Assembly: GCF_000143415.4 (NCBI RefSeq)
Contig: NW_003314302.1
Coordinates: 265,182-329,181 of the forward strand
Source: Selaginella moellendorffii
Lineage: Eukaryota > Plantae > Lycopodiophyta
Reading direction: 5' to 3'
Length of the DNA: 64,000 nucleotides
A model generated the notes under the pieces. The model made no database searches, was not told where the DNA came from, and saw only the letters and a program-made list of their open reading frames with translations. Made by a program: the position numbers and the translations under genes. Below are positions 51,613 to 64,000 of this stretch, piece by piece. The first letter of the stretch is position 1. Every line of letters begins with the position of its first letter.

Positions 51613-52072
51613 TTCTTTAGCTAGTTATATTGTTATAAACATCAGATGCAAAGCTTAATGTTAAAATAATATTAATAGGCTACAATAATAAAAGAGAAAA
51701 CTGGCCAAAGAGTTAATACAAAAATTTATTAGGTAAATATTAATATAAATAAATTTAAATTTTATTATATTATTTTCAAAAAATTTATATTATTACAAAT
51801 TAAATACTTATCCTTCATTTTCTTAATTTCTTATAAGACTGCCAAATGTTGTTTAGATTTTACTACAAGTATGGAAAATGCTACTAATAAAGCTATTCTT
51901 TAAGAATAATAATATAAATTTTTATTTCTTGTAGCACCAACTATATAATGGAAATATAATAAGACATCACCCTCATTCTCAAAAACTTTTTTAATTTGCA
52001 ATCAGTATTAAATTTCTCAATTTGATTTTCTTGATAATTAAATATAAAATAGTTTATATATCTTATTTTAAA

Positions 52073-53002
52073 ATGATTTTAAATTTAAGCTTTAATTTAA
52101 TATTTACATTTCTTATTATAGCATTTGCAACTCCAGGAGAAAGACCGCGATTGGTAGACCTTTTTCATTGACTCTTAAGCAATTTGGTATATTAATTGCT
52201 AAAATCACAGGATATATAAATACTTTCAATGATTTTCCACAACCATTGAAGGAGTTTTATGTTGAAATTGATAAACAAACAATGCATTTACTGTCCTTAG
52301 CCGATTCTTTCTTTACAATATATAAATCTTCCAATTTTTCATATATTTTGTACAACTGATCCTACAATTCCACATGGGTTTGATGATAATATTTATAGAC
52401 AAGCTTTTACAGGAATTCGTAATCATATAATCCTAAATGCAGCATCAGAACCAAATAAATTTTTTGCAGGAAAGGTAGAGTGTAACTATTTAGAGTTTGA
52501 TATTAAATATGAAATGGTCATTTTTGATAATATGGTACTTCAAAATAATAAGATCAACACAAACAGTTATAAATTACATGTTACTAATTATGATACTGAT
52601 ACATATTGTTGGCCTTATAGAAATAGCATTATTGGTGGTGGTTATGGAGCCCAATACATATACGGAAGCTATATAATGGAAGGGAATAGTATTATCTCAG
52701 CCAAAGGGAGTTATAAACTTGAAATGAATGATTGTATACTTAAATATATTAAAACTGTTGATAAATCTATAGTATGGCTTACAACAATTGAAGATGGCAA
52801 AGTACATTATGAATGTTATGCACATCTACAAAGTGATGGTCATTTTTTGGTCAAAAATCAATTTCATAACAGAGTATGGGGAAATAATATTTTTTGTCAT
52901 CAACCTTGCAATATCAGAACAAGTTTAATCCCAAAAGACAATGGCAATATTATAATATATGAATTGCAAAGTGGAAAGGAATGGTGGAAAGCAATTAAAT
53001 AA
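52073..53002 (+). pseudogene. Signal peptide, unknown domain and bulb-type lectin domain; two frameshifts (~52160, ~52300)
   Basis: MILNLSFNLIFTFLIIAFA leader. The open frame 52301-53002 contains YINLPIFHIFCTTDP..GF..RQAFTGIRNHI and GNSIISAKGSYKLEMNDCIL...AHLQSDGHFLVKN...KDNGNIIIY. Confidence 0.75.
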
Positions 53003-53151
53003 AGTAAAGTCATAAGGACGTCACACAAACTTTTAATGGCTTTAGTTAATGTATAAATTAACAATTTTTAATTAGCTAAAAAAACTGAAGTAATAAAACT
53101 AATTTAATGGGCATAACATTGTACATTGTAAAGAATAGAACGTTCTCACAT

Positions 53152-54880
53152 TCAGACAAAGCGTGCAGATATCTGATCAGAGCCAGTTGTCATGAGGCTA
53201 CACTCACGCTCCAAGGAACACACTCCTCCATTTGGGGTGCCACTTACCTGATATTCATTGAAAAACCCATTCAAAGTAACCACAAAGATTCGTGCCCTGC
53301 AAAATTAAATATCATAAAAGCTTAAACATCCATAAGTTCTAAATTGCTACCTGTCTGCTGATGAAGAAGATGGTAACTCTTCCTCTAGTGGTGCTGCTAT
53401 TGCACAAATACTGTATCAAGTAAAAAATGAAAGAAAAGCACGAACTTAGTGATGTATTATGACAAAGTGTTGGTAAAGTTTACCTTTTAACTCCTGGACT
53501 GAAGCCGTGCCTTACAGTGGCAAAATGAAGATCCGGTTCCACAATGTCGCTTACAGTTTCTGGGATCACTGCCGCCAGAAGATCCGAGACCCTCTTATTC
53601 GTTCTAGCAAAAGTAGAAAAACAAAAGGTGAGTAACACAAAAGAGAAGGAAATGCTCGATTTTGTAAGCCTACCATAATTACCCTTGTCTTGCAGGAGGC
53701 GAGCAAAGCCTGAAAACATGTAGCGTTCCTGATGAGCTCGTGGCAGCCAGCAATTGGGGAGACAGAGACTGCGGCCCAAACGACAATGAATATATCGTAG
53801 CTGCGTAGCTCCCTCTTCGAAAGGTAAATGCCTGTTTTGAGAAAACTAAGGAAAGTAAGAAACGCGAGAACTGAAACTAAACCTTGCTTGCTTGCGGAAT
53901 AACATGGACACGAATTACTGTCCCATGATCTGATGCTGTTGCGAGAAGCAAACCGTCTGGGGTGAATGCCATGGCAGCCAGGGGCGATTTGTGAGCTTGA
54001 AACTGATCAGAAATCAGATGTTTCTCATGAGAATAACAAACAAAAACGATGCATAGAAAGCCACTTACTTCGCCCAATGCGTTCAAGTGTAGAGTGTCAT
54101 ACACAAACACCGTCCCTGTTGTAGAGCTCGCTGGTAATGCAAGGTAGCAATTCTCTGTGTTAGAAGAAAACGCACAGACGCCTGCAACAAGCTTTTCATG
54201 GCACTAGTCAAAACAAGTTTGAGAAAGGAGACAAGGAACTACCTTTCCTGTTTTCAGCAGTGTCAAGGATCTGGAGGCAATTCAAGTGAGGAAGCTCGTT
54301 AATGTGGACCTTCCTATCCAAAACAATAACTATCCTGCGCAAGGACTGTGAAGATCTTGACAGAACAAATGCTTTTACTCACCGTTTCTTGTTCCAACGC
54401 ACGGCCAGAACCGATGAAACGAAATCCACTGCACGCTTCACTTGCGTTGCTGTGTTTAAAATAAAGAGCCTTCGAGGCGATAGCTCAGGCTACAAGAAAG
54501 AAGAAACAAATATCATCGCATGCTAATGCCAGAAGTTAGAAGGAAAAAAAAAAATTTATTCAGTGCCTGTTTGCCAGCTCCAACCAAAGCCAAGAGACTC
54601 GTCGTGAAAAACATCTCGATGAGATTCACAGCTCCATCGACTGGAAGAACAAGCGAGAATCAAGCAGGAGATAAACGAAAGAGAAAAAAATTCCCTCACG
54701 TTTCTCGTAGACGCAACTACAAGTGTCGCAATTGAAAATCTTGTATCCTTCGCTGGTTCCAACCGAGAAGCAGCTGCCAAGCAAGACAAGAGCTAAATCC
54801 CGAGAAAATCCGCCCGCAAGAGCCCCCTACCTGCGATCCTGGTTGAAGGAGCAGCACAAGAGCGCGCGATCGTCCGCCAT
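53152..54880 (-). CDS. ATG18: Autophagy-related PROPPIN ATG18 (b-like)
   Basis: SFNQD; LLALVGAG.QP.LSPRRL; QAHKSPLAAMAF..DG.LLATASDHGTVIRV; FRRG lipid-binding motif; SSSGTLHVF. Confidence 0.94.
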
Positions 54881-54993
54881 AGCCAAGCCCTAAGCCCCTA
54901 AAAAAGGGTTACTTAACGTGTCTATTTCTATCGTTGGAAACTTTCGATAAAAATTATCTGTAGAGAAACACTGTTAGAGAAAAAATTCCTTGT

Positions 54994-55521
54994 CTAGGAC
55001 GACGTTTGCGCTGGTGATGGAGAAGCTCGAACTTGGTTGATCTCCATCGGCGAGCTCGGGATCGTAGCACTAGCACCAGCCGCGGATCCAATCGTCTGTG
55101 AGCTCACTTGCGGGCTCGAAGGAGTAGGAGTTCCAACCATGCCTGGAGTTCCCACCATCCCTGGAGTTCCAGCCAGTGGAGTTCCAACCGAGAACGCGGC
55201 CCCTCCTCCACCACTGTTCGTCCCAACTTGCGAGGAGAGTAGAGCGTTGAGAACCTGTGCTTGAGAGCTAAGTTGTGCTTGCGAACTTAGTTGCTGCTGC
55301 TGCTGCTGCTGCTGCTGGGAATGTTGCTGTTGCTGCTGGGGATTTAGTAGCTGCTGCTGCTGCTGGTTGATGAGATGCTGTTGAGAAAGGCCTGTTACTT
55401 GTGGAACGCTCGTGAGCTGCGCTTGTGCCAGCTGCTGCTGTGGACTGGGATGGTTTAGCGGCTGTCCGACTGGTTGTAGAGAATTCACTGCCATCTGTTG
55501 CTGGGAAGTCATCTGTGTCAA

Positions 55522-55554
<33 letters not shown>

Positions 55555-58500
55555 TTGTTGTTGCTGCTGCTGTGGCTGCTGCGTGTTTAGTTGCTGAGCA
55601 TTCAAGTGCTGCTGCTGCTGCTGCTGTTGTGGCGTCTGCTGTTGGAGCTGCTGCTGCTGCTGATTAAACTGCTGCTGTTGTGCGGCGGCTTGTTGTTGCT
55701 GTTGCTGCTGCTGCTGGTGCTGTAGGAGCTGTTGGTTCATGTAATACTGCGCAGCCATGTTGGAAGCTGGCGTTTTCGGAGGTCCCATGCCAGGACTCGG
55801 CACAGCACCTCGCATAACACCCAAGTTCCCCCGCTGTGCTGCCAGCATATTCAATCCCCCCGTCGTACCGAGGCCAGCGGTCATGCTGTTCCCCATGAGC
55901 CGAGGAGCTCTCCCCGCGGCCGCGAAGCGCTTTTGCTGCATATACTGAGCGTGAGCCATGTTGCCCGGACGGAGCTGCTGGTTCATTAAGTTTGGAACCT
56001 GTCCCATGCCCAGTCCCGATATTCCAGCCGCGCCAATGTTGCCAATCGCACCCATGCCAGGCACGTTGTTCATGGGATTCATCCCCACCATGTTGAGGTT
56101 GGCTTGTCCAGGCCCGATACTCCCCATGCTGTTCTGGAGCATAACTTTCCGTTGTAGAGCGGGATTGTTGCGGATGAGCTGGTACGGCATCATTGATCCT
56201 GGCAGCTGCGACGTGATCTGGTTCATAAGTTGCGGCCTCTGCTGGAACTGTTGCTGTTGCTGCAAATGCATTTGCTGCTGTTGCTGAGCTACAAGCTGCG
56301 AGTCGATTTGCTGCAGTGGTTTAGCGGCTGTTGACTGAGGCAAGTTGTATGCAAGTCGGTTGCCCGCCATGTTTGGAGGTGGCATTCTCGCAGCTGCTGC
56401 CATGGCTCCGCCTGCGGACATCTGCTGCTGCATCTGAGCCATCTGCTGGCTCATCATCATCCGTGGAGAAGCTAGCTGCTGCTGACCAAAGGTTGACGCT
56501 CCAGCGGGCATGGGCCGAGCCATAGCTGCGGTCATTGTTGCGGAACCACGGGGACCCGACGGAGCTTGTATATTGTCGTCCATCAGTACAAAACCTTCCT
56601 TTTCGAGCTAATATTTCAATCTAACAGTCAGAACTTGGCTCCAAAAAGTAAAACAAATAGTTACCGTATCTATGTATTGCTTGGCAAAAAGGTCTGCCAT
56701 GTCCTGCATTGTAAACAAAAGTAGAGGTCAGTCTCATTTCAAGAAACCATAGCAACTTACCGCGTTAGGTATTGTTGGAAGAACAGTATATGGAAGTTGG
56801 CCATTATTTACGTCATCTTCTTGGCCGTCATCTATCTGTACAACAGCTTCGACCATGGGGTCCTTGGCACGCCCGCAAAGTAGAAGCCTCAGCTTTGTAG
56901 TGTGTACAATGACTGGATACGTTTGACCTCCCAGCACTGCTCCACAAACTATATCAGCAGGTGATCATAAACCTGGAAATGAACTTACTTTGGTACTTAC
57001 TTTGGTAAAATCGTTCCGTCCGCTCAAACATTAGACAACGAGTTTTCTTTCCGTTGACATTACCAGCCACCAGAGAATTAGCCAGACTTTTCTTCCCTTT
57101 AGGCTCTTGGTAGTCATCCGATGTATCCGCCAGTGCCACAGACAGCAACTGCCAAGAAGGCGTCTTCGTCGATGGCTGTGGAAGCTGATCAACCTTCTTT
57201 TCCCTCTTATGCAAACCGTGTCTGCAAAACAGGCTTAGTGCCACTAAGTAAACAAGGAAAAGCAAGGCACCTTTGAATGGACGAAACCAAAAGAGAAAGC
57301 CTATCCAAAGCCTCCCTTTCCGGAGTTGGAGCAGCGACAGGTGGAACTGAAACTGGAACAGATGCCGAAACTGGAGGAACCTGAGGTGGCTGTGGCTGAT
57401 AAACATGAGGCTGCTCAATCTTGACGGGTCCTGGACTTTTCACTGGAGTGCTCGGGCTGTTCACATTTGGTGAAGCCATGTTTCCAGTGGCTTTTGACGC
57501 AGCTGCTTTGTTCTGATAAGCTGCACTCTTCCACTTGAACATGTCATCTTTCCTGGCATTCTTGAAATCAAAGGCTGCAGGTTTCGGTTTCTTATTTGCT
57601 TCCAGCTTCACGACCGGCTCCCTTTCTCTCTTCCCAAGAACGTCGTATAATAGAGGTGGAGGCGCTGGTGGCTGAGAAGCGTTTGTAATTTTCGATTGCA
57701 CGCCACCGGCGGCCAGATCCTGAATGATTTCCACAGAGTGGTCCGACTTTGTCTCCCCTGCAGGCGTGTCTACTTTGTCGGGGCTTTTAAAGCTTTCGTG
57801 TCTTAGCAAAGACCTTGTAGCGGCCAAACGAACACGCCTATCCATCAGTGCAGTTTTAGAAGTCCTATAACGGCGAGATCCAAGGCCGATGTTGAATTTC
57901 AGCTGCAAGAAAATGACAAAACTTGTAAAGAGGATGCTAGGACAATTTTGAAACAAAAACTCTACCCGATTGTATGTATGAACATGAGCTCTGGCAGCAA
58001 CCGCTGGTGAAGGATCAAGACAAAGAGATGGCTTCACTGCTTTCAGTACTTTTGATTCCACTTCCTGCACCATCAAAGTGATCATCATGTTCCAAACAAC
58101 CAAATGCGTACCAGAAGATCCCTGTAAGACCATGTTTCATCGCTCATGGCGACGACGTCCTTGACAATTGTCTCCGTAGATGGACGAAGTAAGACTTTAT
58201 GCACTTTTGGCTTCCAGTTTATCAGTTCCTGCCTTGCAAAAGTCGAGGGTACACTGTCCCGATAATCCCTTAACTGGAAAATGCTTTGTTAGTAGAACAC
58301 CAAAACCAATCCAAGATGACTGACTGACCTCGCAAGCAACGCAGCCATCCATATATGTGCAGGGAATGTCTTCCAGCATTTCACTGGGAAGCCATCCACA
58401 ATCAATTGCCTGGTACACAAAAAAATTCCATGAAAAGCTCTTGAGAGAAAAATAGATAAATCAGAAATACCCTTAGGAAGCTATCACTTGTGCGATCATA

Positions 58501-58941
58501 TGGATAGACAAGCTCTGGAAGCTCGTATCCAAATGGAGGAGGCTTTCCGTCCTCAGTGGGCTTTCCAATCGAGAACCCATCAGGAAATAAATTCACAGAA
58601 AACGATGGATCAAAATTATCTAAGCAACAGCACAAAGAGAAGTGAGTCAGAGAGAAAGAGAAATTTCCTTACCACAATGGGAATCCTCTCCCTCGGAAGT
58701 CGTCGTGCTTCCCTGGTTTTTCCCACGCAACATCTACCATAATCAGACCCGGCTCTTGGCACCAAAGGGGGGAAATTCCAAGCAAAATCCTCACCTCGTC
58801 CCGCTTGAGCTTCGTTCCATTGTTGCTGCTGCCTCCATCGCCTCCGCCTCTCGAAATTGCCGACGCTGCCGCCGGATCCTTCCTCTCCAGCTTGGGCATG
58901 TAGCGCGATCCATTCTTGTTGAGCTTGAAGGCGATCACCAT
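54994..58941 (-). CDS. SPT20: SAGA subunit Spt20 / PHYTOCHROME-DEPENDENT LATE-FLOWERING-like, with a Q-rich C-terminus
   Basis: SFSVNLFPDGFSI; YPYDRTSDSFLRAIDCGWLP..LEDIPC.Y.DG.V.CEVRDY; ESKVLKAVKPSLCLDPSP; long Q/M/G-rich last exon. Confidence 0.88.
55290..55720 (-). repeat. Coding (CAG/CAA)n polyglutamine tracts
   Basis: Several tgc/tgt runs on the plus strand encode polyQ in the SPT20 last exon. Confidence 0.9.
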
Positions 58942-59156
58942 GTCGACGACGGTAGCAATGCAGCTCAGGCGATCGCCAATCCAGCCCCAGCGCGCCGCGG
59001 CGGTCCTCTGGCGCTAGCATTAGCCAGCGCCATGGGCAAACAAGAACCCTAGAAACCCTAGTGGCGGGATCCGTACTACTTCGCACCTCGTCCGTACCAA
59101 TATTTTATTGTCGTAGTAAAAGTATATGTATGTACACCAAAGAATATAAGATGATC

Positions 59157-60081
59157 TTATAGCCTTCGCAGATTATCCAGGCGAGCTTGGAGATCACTGT
59201 CGATTCCAGCATCGTCTCCGGACGCTCCAGTGGGCTGGGCTACTCTTCCTGGAGCCGAAGTTTCCACTGGAGCAGCGGTGGAATTCGCAGGAGCACGAAC
59301 AAGCTGCAAGAAAATTTCATCCAAAGATGAGAGACTTGCTCTGAGCTGCGAGAGGTAAGTTACCTGTTGATCCAGATCGATGCCAATCTCATCCAGGACC
59401 TGGCTCACCAGTTCTTCGGTTTCCTCCTCCTCCTCGTCCCCTTCAAACGCCTCCTCGAACGCGTCGTCAATGAGCTCCGATGTGAACTCCATCTTCTCGT
59501 TCTGGAGCTCGAATTCACGCATGATCTTCTGGAGAGCCGGTAGATTCAGCTGCTTGTTCATCTGTGACATCGCCTTTGTCACGCCTTTCATTGCATCCGC
59601 CATAGCTTGCGTCGATTTCAGTGTCTGTAAAAATCCTCCTTTTTAGAAAACATACAGTGCGACTTAGCGAGTACCTGGATTCGGAGAGACACGCCTTGAA
59701 GCTGCGATTTAAGTCCGTAAAACTTTGTTATTTGGTGCCGGGTTCTGATCAAATCCTTCGCCATGACCTTCACAGCACTCTAGAAACAAACGCGGCAAAC
59801 AAAAAAAGAAACTTTGAATGAAAACGCGTCCGCCAAGAAAAAACTCTCGCAAATTCACATACCATCTGCCCTTGCTTTGCAGTCTTCTTGATCTCGGCAA
59901 TCAGCTTCTTCTCTTGAGTCTGGAGATTCTGCCGCTCCCGCTCGATCTCCCGGATCGATTTATCCAGCATGCGCTTGTTCTCGCGCAGCAGCTCTGCGCC
60001 GCCACATCGTGAGCTCAAATTCCACTCAGAAAACCATCACCCACCTGCTGGCGTCTTCTTCTTCCCAAAGAGAAAACTCAT
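59157..60081 (-). CDS. VPS2: ESCRT-III subunit VPS2 (CHMP2A-like)
   Basis: MSFLFGKKKTPAELLRENKRMLDKSIREIERER; KSQLQGVSLRIQTLKSTQAMADAMKGVTKAM; DSDLQARLDNLRRL MIM motif. Confidence 0.96.
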
Positions 60082-60136
60082 CGTTGCGCCTAAAGAGGAA
60101 GGAAAAGGAAAGAGCAAAACCTAAGAGATCGTGGCA

Positions 60137-62014
60137 TTAGGGCTGACGTACCTGGCATCTTCGTAGAACCTCTTGGGCATCTTTGGCATCACCGGCATAT
60201 CGTAGCGAGTCCGCAAGACAAGCGTAGTGTTCCAGCCTTGGCTCGATGTTAAAGCTCTCGACCATCAAGGCAAGGATTTTTCCACACTCTTCGGGACTTT
60301 TCCGCGGAAGAACGCTGAGAAACGTTGAATCGTCGGGTAAAAATCCCTCCCTGTTCATGAGATGGAAGATCATCGAAGTTTGCAACCTTTCGCGAGCGTA
60401 CCTGGCGATGATAATGTTCCAGGCAGCAGTGCTTCGAGCACTCATCTCCGAAAACACCCAGCACGTCTCCGCAAGACTTCCCTGCGCCGAGAACATCCCG
60501 AGAGCTTCTGCCTGGATTGGAGCACTGGAGAGTAAATCTCTGCAAAGTTCTCGATAGACGAGTTTACCTCGAGAGAATCCTTCCGCGCTGTTGGAGCACG
60601 CTCGGAAAATCGCAGTGAGAGCTTCGTCGCTGGGCTGGAATCCTTCGAGCACCATCGCGGCGAGGAAAGTGATGCCATCTCCAGCATGCCCGCACCGAGC
60701 ATACGCAAAAACCATAGAGTTCCAGGAGCGCTCGTCGCGATGCTGCAAAGAATCAAACAAGGCCTCAGCACCAACGAGATCACCAGTAGCACCATAGGCT
60801 CTGATCAACTCACCGCTCACTTGGTGTTCTTTCTCTGGCAAATCCTCAAAGAGAATCCGGGCTTGATCCAGATACCCGTGCTGGGCATACGCCACGACCA
60901 TGGAGCTCACTGCAATCTCGTCTCTAGACACCATCTCCTGGAACACTCTCACAGCTCTGCCAATATCTCCATCGCGGGAGTAAGCAGTGATCATCAAGCT
61001 CCAAGTTACCGTGTCCCTGGCTTCCATAGATTCCAGCGTTCTCTCGCAATCTTCCAAGCTCTGGCACGCCGTGTACATTCTAAGCACCGCGTTCATGACA
61101 TGGAGGTTGGCGCCGAGGCCCCTCTCAAGAATAAGACCATGGATCTCGCTGCCAAGCTTCACATCCATCAGCAATCCAAGAACACCGAAAATCGTGACGA
61201 ACGTACCGATCATTGGAGGAACTCCATCGAGCAGCATCATCCTGAAAATCTCAATCGGCATGTCGAGATTCCCATCGCCGCTGTGGCCGAAAGCCGCGAT
61301 CATCACATTCCAAGACACGGCATTCCTATCCGGCATCGCATCCAGGAACTCCATGGCTTCGTCAAACCGCTGGTTCCGCGCGTACACCGTGAGCATGATC
61401 GTCCATGACACGGCATTGCGGTCCGGCATCTCGAGGAAGAGATCCCGCGCTTCTTGGAAGAACCCTAGCCTCACGAACGCCTGGAGCATGGTGTTCCAAG
61501 AGACAATATCCCGATCTGGAATGCGCTCGAACAGCTCGATCGCCGGGTGGAGATGCCCGTTGCTCGTCAGCGCCGCGAGCAAGCAATTGTAGGACCACGT
61601 GTCGGGATCCTTGATGCTCTCGAAAGCGATCTTCGCAAGATCCAGGCGCTCGCATCTCCCATACATGATCACGAGCTCGCTGGCCAGGAATCGGTGACCA
61701 GAGTAGCCGCGAGAAGCTAGATGCGCGTGAATCCGCTGGCCCTCCTCCAGCGCCTTTGATCTGGCGCACAGCCTCATGAACGCGCGATACAGCAGAGGAT
61801 CCAGCGCTTGAAGCTCCCATCGCTCGAGCAGAGCCACTGTTCTCTTGATCCGGAGCGTGTCCTTGAGAAGCTGGAGGCGCTGCTCGAGTGGCCGGGCCTC
61901 CGCCCGATCTCGCAGCTCCTCCTGGACGATAAATCCATCTCCAAACCTCTCAAGAATCCCCAAAATCGAGGCCGGGGGCACATTGCGCTTCACTGGGAGG
62001 AAGAGCTTCCCCAT
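60137..62014 (-). CDS. PLS-class PPR protein; intronless, with a degenerate or truncated E region
   Basis: 625-aa ORF with repeated MPDRNAVSW motifs, ending IEPRLEHYACLADSL. Confidence 0.9.
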   Translation of the reverse strand: MGKLFLPVKRNVPPASILGILERFGDGFIVQEELRDRAEARPLEQRLQLLKDTLRIKRTVALLERWELQALDPLLYRAFMRLCARSKALEEGQRIHAHLASRGYSGHRFLASELVIMYGRCERLDLAKIAFESIKDPDTWSYNCLLAALTSNGHLHPAIELFERIPDRDIVSWNTMLQAFVRLGFFQEARDLFLEMPDRNAVSWTIMLTVYARNQRFDEAMEFLDAMPDRNAVSWNVMIAAFGHSGDGNLDMPIEIFRMMLLDGVPPMIGTFVTIFGVLGLLMDVKLGSEIHGLILERGLGANLHVMNAVLRMYTACQSLEDCERTLESMEARDTVTWSLMITAYSRDGDIGRAVRVFQEMVSRDEIAVSSMVVAYAQHGYLDQARILFEDLPEKEHQVSGELIRAYGATGDLVGAEALFDSLQHRDERSWNSMVFAYARCGHAGDGITFLAAMVLEGFQPSDEALTAIFRACSNSAEGFSRGKLVYRELCRDLLSSAPIQAEALGMFSAQGSLAETCWVFSEMSARSTAAWNIIIARYARERLQTSMIFHLMNREGFLPDDSTFLSVLPRKSPEECGKILALMVESFNIEPRLEHYACLADSLRYAGDAKDAQEVLRRCQVRQP

Positions 62015-62949
62015 TTTTAGGGCAAACTGGTATCTTATTCATATATTTAAGGATATTCTTTGATAACGTAGAAATATTTATTGCTGGTTTAATTGTACTT
62101 GATTAATTGCCAAAACACCCAACATATAATGTATCAGCTGGTTTTTCAATTTGATGATCAAAATACCATTATAAAAATGTCCTAGGTAGGACAGTTCATG
62201 TTTAGGGTTGGGATTAGTTAAAACATGTTGTCTGTGTATCAAAAGAATTGAGCAATTGCCAATTTGGCAAGGTTTTACAAGCAACACAAGCAGGCTGGGT
62301 TGAGAGGGTGAGTTCCTCCTACTAGGGGATCTAAGCTGAAGAAGAAGATGATATGGAAAAATGGAAAAAGAAATGGTGCTGGTTTTTGACGAGGAAAAAA
62401 TTATTCTATTTTTATTTATAAATCTTATAACTCTATAGATCCAACAAGCAATACAAAAGTCTTTTATGTTCTAAAGTGAGGTCTAAACAAGGTGATCAAA
62501 TATAATAAGATCCCCAAAATTAAGAGTCAGAAGATGGAGAAGCTTCTCCATTAGAGCAAAATGGTGCCTAATTCATAGATTGAAGGATATTATTTGTTTA
62601 ATGTTAACATATTTAAAATTACTATTAATATTTTTAATAATTTCTATCAGCTAATTGTTAATATTTATTTATATTAATTTTTTACTTCTTTTAAATTTAA
62701 TTAATAACACATAGTTATAAGCTATCATTTTAACAAACCTATTTTATAGAACTTGATATTATTTTCCACTTTTATTTTCTCTAAAATTCTAAAATGTCTC
62801 AAATTTTTCTAATATATAGTAGCTGGATTTGATGATCATGTACACTATATAACAATGTACCAGACACCTTTGTAAGTGGCCGGTACCATTTGAAATTTTT
62901 AGTTCAACTTAAATATAGAAGGGTATAGTGCTGCATACACTATTTTTGC

Positions 62950-63142
62950 AGATTGTGATGTTAAAGTTAGCATGACTAGCTTAGGATAAAAGCTAGACTC
63001 TTTATACAAGCCCTCAAATTCAATTAGCAGGCTAAGAACACAAGAATCAAGATTTAAGACAAGGGAAGCTCGAATAAAAAATCATGTCTCTTGAATAGTG
63101 TGAGATAAAGTTTTCTCCTTGGATTTAGAGACACCATTAGTC
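62950..63142. repeat. Inverted copy of the 49950-50185 repeat, likely an old transposon remnant
   Basis: Reverse-complement match to 49950-50185. Confidence 0.75.
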
Positions 63143-64000
63143 TATATCTAGTACTTTCCAAGACAACATGAGCCTTGTGCTTTGACATTGTTATTCACTC
63201 AACATAAGAATCATGCTTTGAATTGTTGTTTGGCAAAAGCAGCCACTAGTTTAAGATGAAGATGTTATGTTAGGTAATATAAAAAAAAAATCGGAAATTT
63301 TCTTTATAAAATTATAATGCAAATTATTATTAATATAAAAACCATGACAAGCTTGCAAAGCTATATTTTCTTTTTACTTCACAGTCATTGTGGAACAAAT
63401 AAATAAACAGAATAGAGCTAGGCTCTTATTAAGTGAGAGACTTACATGGTAGTGAAGAGTGCTCTTGAGAAATTCATTTGGCACATGTCTTGATTCCTTC
63501 CCTTTCCTCTTGTGAATCAGTGCCAGGATCTTGCCCCATAATACAATAGCAAGATAAAGATCTCTTAGAATGAGACACAAAGAGAGAGAGCCTATGATCA
63601 CCCCTTCTAAAGACCAAATGTCATAAATTAGTTTCTAGATTCCGTCACCACCCATTAGAAGTTTTAAAATATTAACCATTTGATTAATAGCATATTCACA
63701 GATCTTAAATAATTAATCAAGATCAAATGTGACTCTCAAGAACTAGATCATGCATATATAAGATTATGCAATTGAGCAAGGATGTATTCAATCTGTTATA
63801 TCTGGGTATCAAATGAAATTGCCAAGTAATAGTCACTCTAGTTGGAGCAGAGAGTTTTCATTGCAACTTGCAAGTTCCATAATATCTAGACTCCCTTGAA
63901 ATTTGCCAATGGTGTTGTAGTTTGCCAAAAATGTTTTCACCATCCTTAATCAATGTTTATACAATTTTCTGATCATTTTGCTCATTTACCTTTCAAAGAG

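Noticed and set aside
55412-56287. Poly-Cys and poly-Ala ORFs on the plus strand
   Set aside because: They are antisense shadows of the SPT20 polyQ tracts.
60246-61614. Several 100-240 aa plus-strand ORFs
   Set aside because: They are antisense to the PPR ORF, as expected in GC-balanced coding DNA.

Overview
Eukaryotic land-plant nuclear DNA. Introns of about 50-70 nt, intergenic gaps often under 110 bp and intronless PLS-type PPR genes suggest a very compact genome such as the lycophyte Selaginella (inference). The window alternates between two compartments. (1) GC-balanced gene islands: NUP54, a plastid membrane protein and a legumin-like bicupin (8.4-13.0 kb); an EF-hand protein, RCE1/UBC12, ETF-alpha, AIG2-like, KRR1, CSP41b, BTF3, a PPR and SEC22 (25-37.9 kb); ATG18, SPT20/PHL, VPS2 and a PPR (53.1-62 kb). 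(2) AT-rich islands of decayed LTR elements and gene fragments: a Copia, a chromodomain Gypsy with both LTRs, a complete TRIM, solo LTRs, and F-box, RNase H, I29 protease, PPR and HEMA fragments. The most interesting unexplained signal is a pair of diverged, apparently intronless, AT-rich paralogues (13.7-14.6 kb and 52.1-53.0 kb). Each encodes a signal peptide, a shared domain of about 170 aa that I do not recognise, and a bulb-type (GNA) lectin domain. Also notable: a TRIM with Pol III A/B-box-like motifs, a tRNA-Arg with a CCG anticodon on a CCT-type body just downstream of NUP54, and a legumin-box core upstream of the storage-globulin-like gene. Multi-exon CDS coordinates are start-to-stop spans read by eye.
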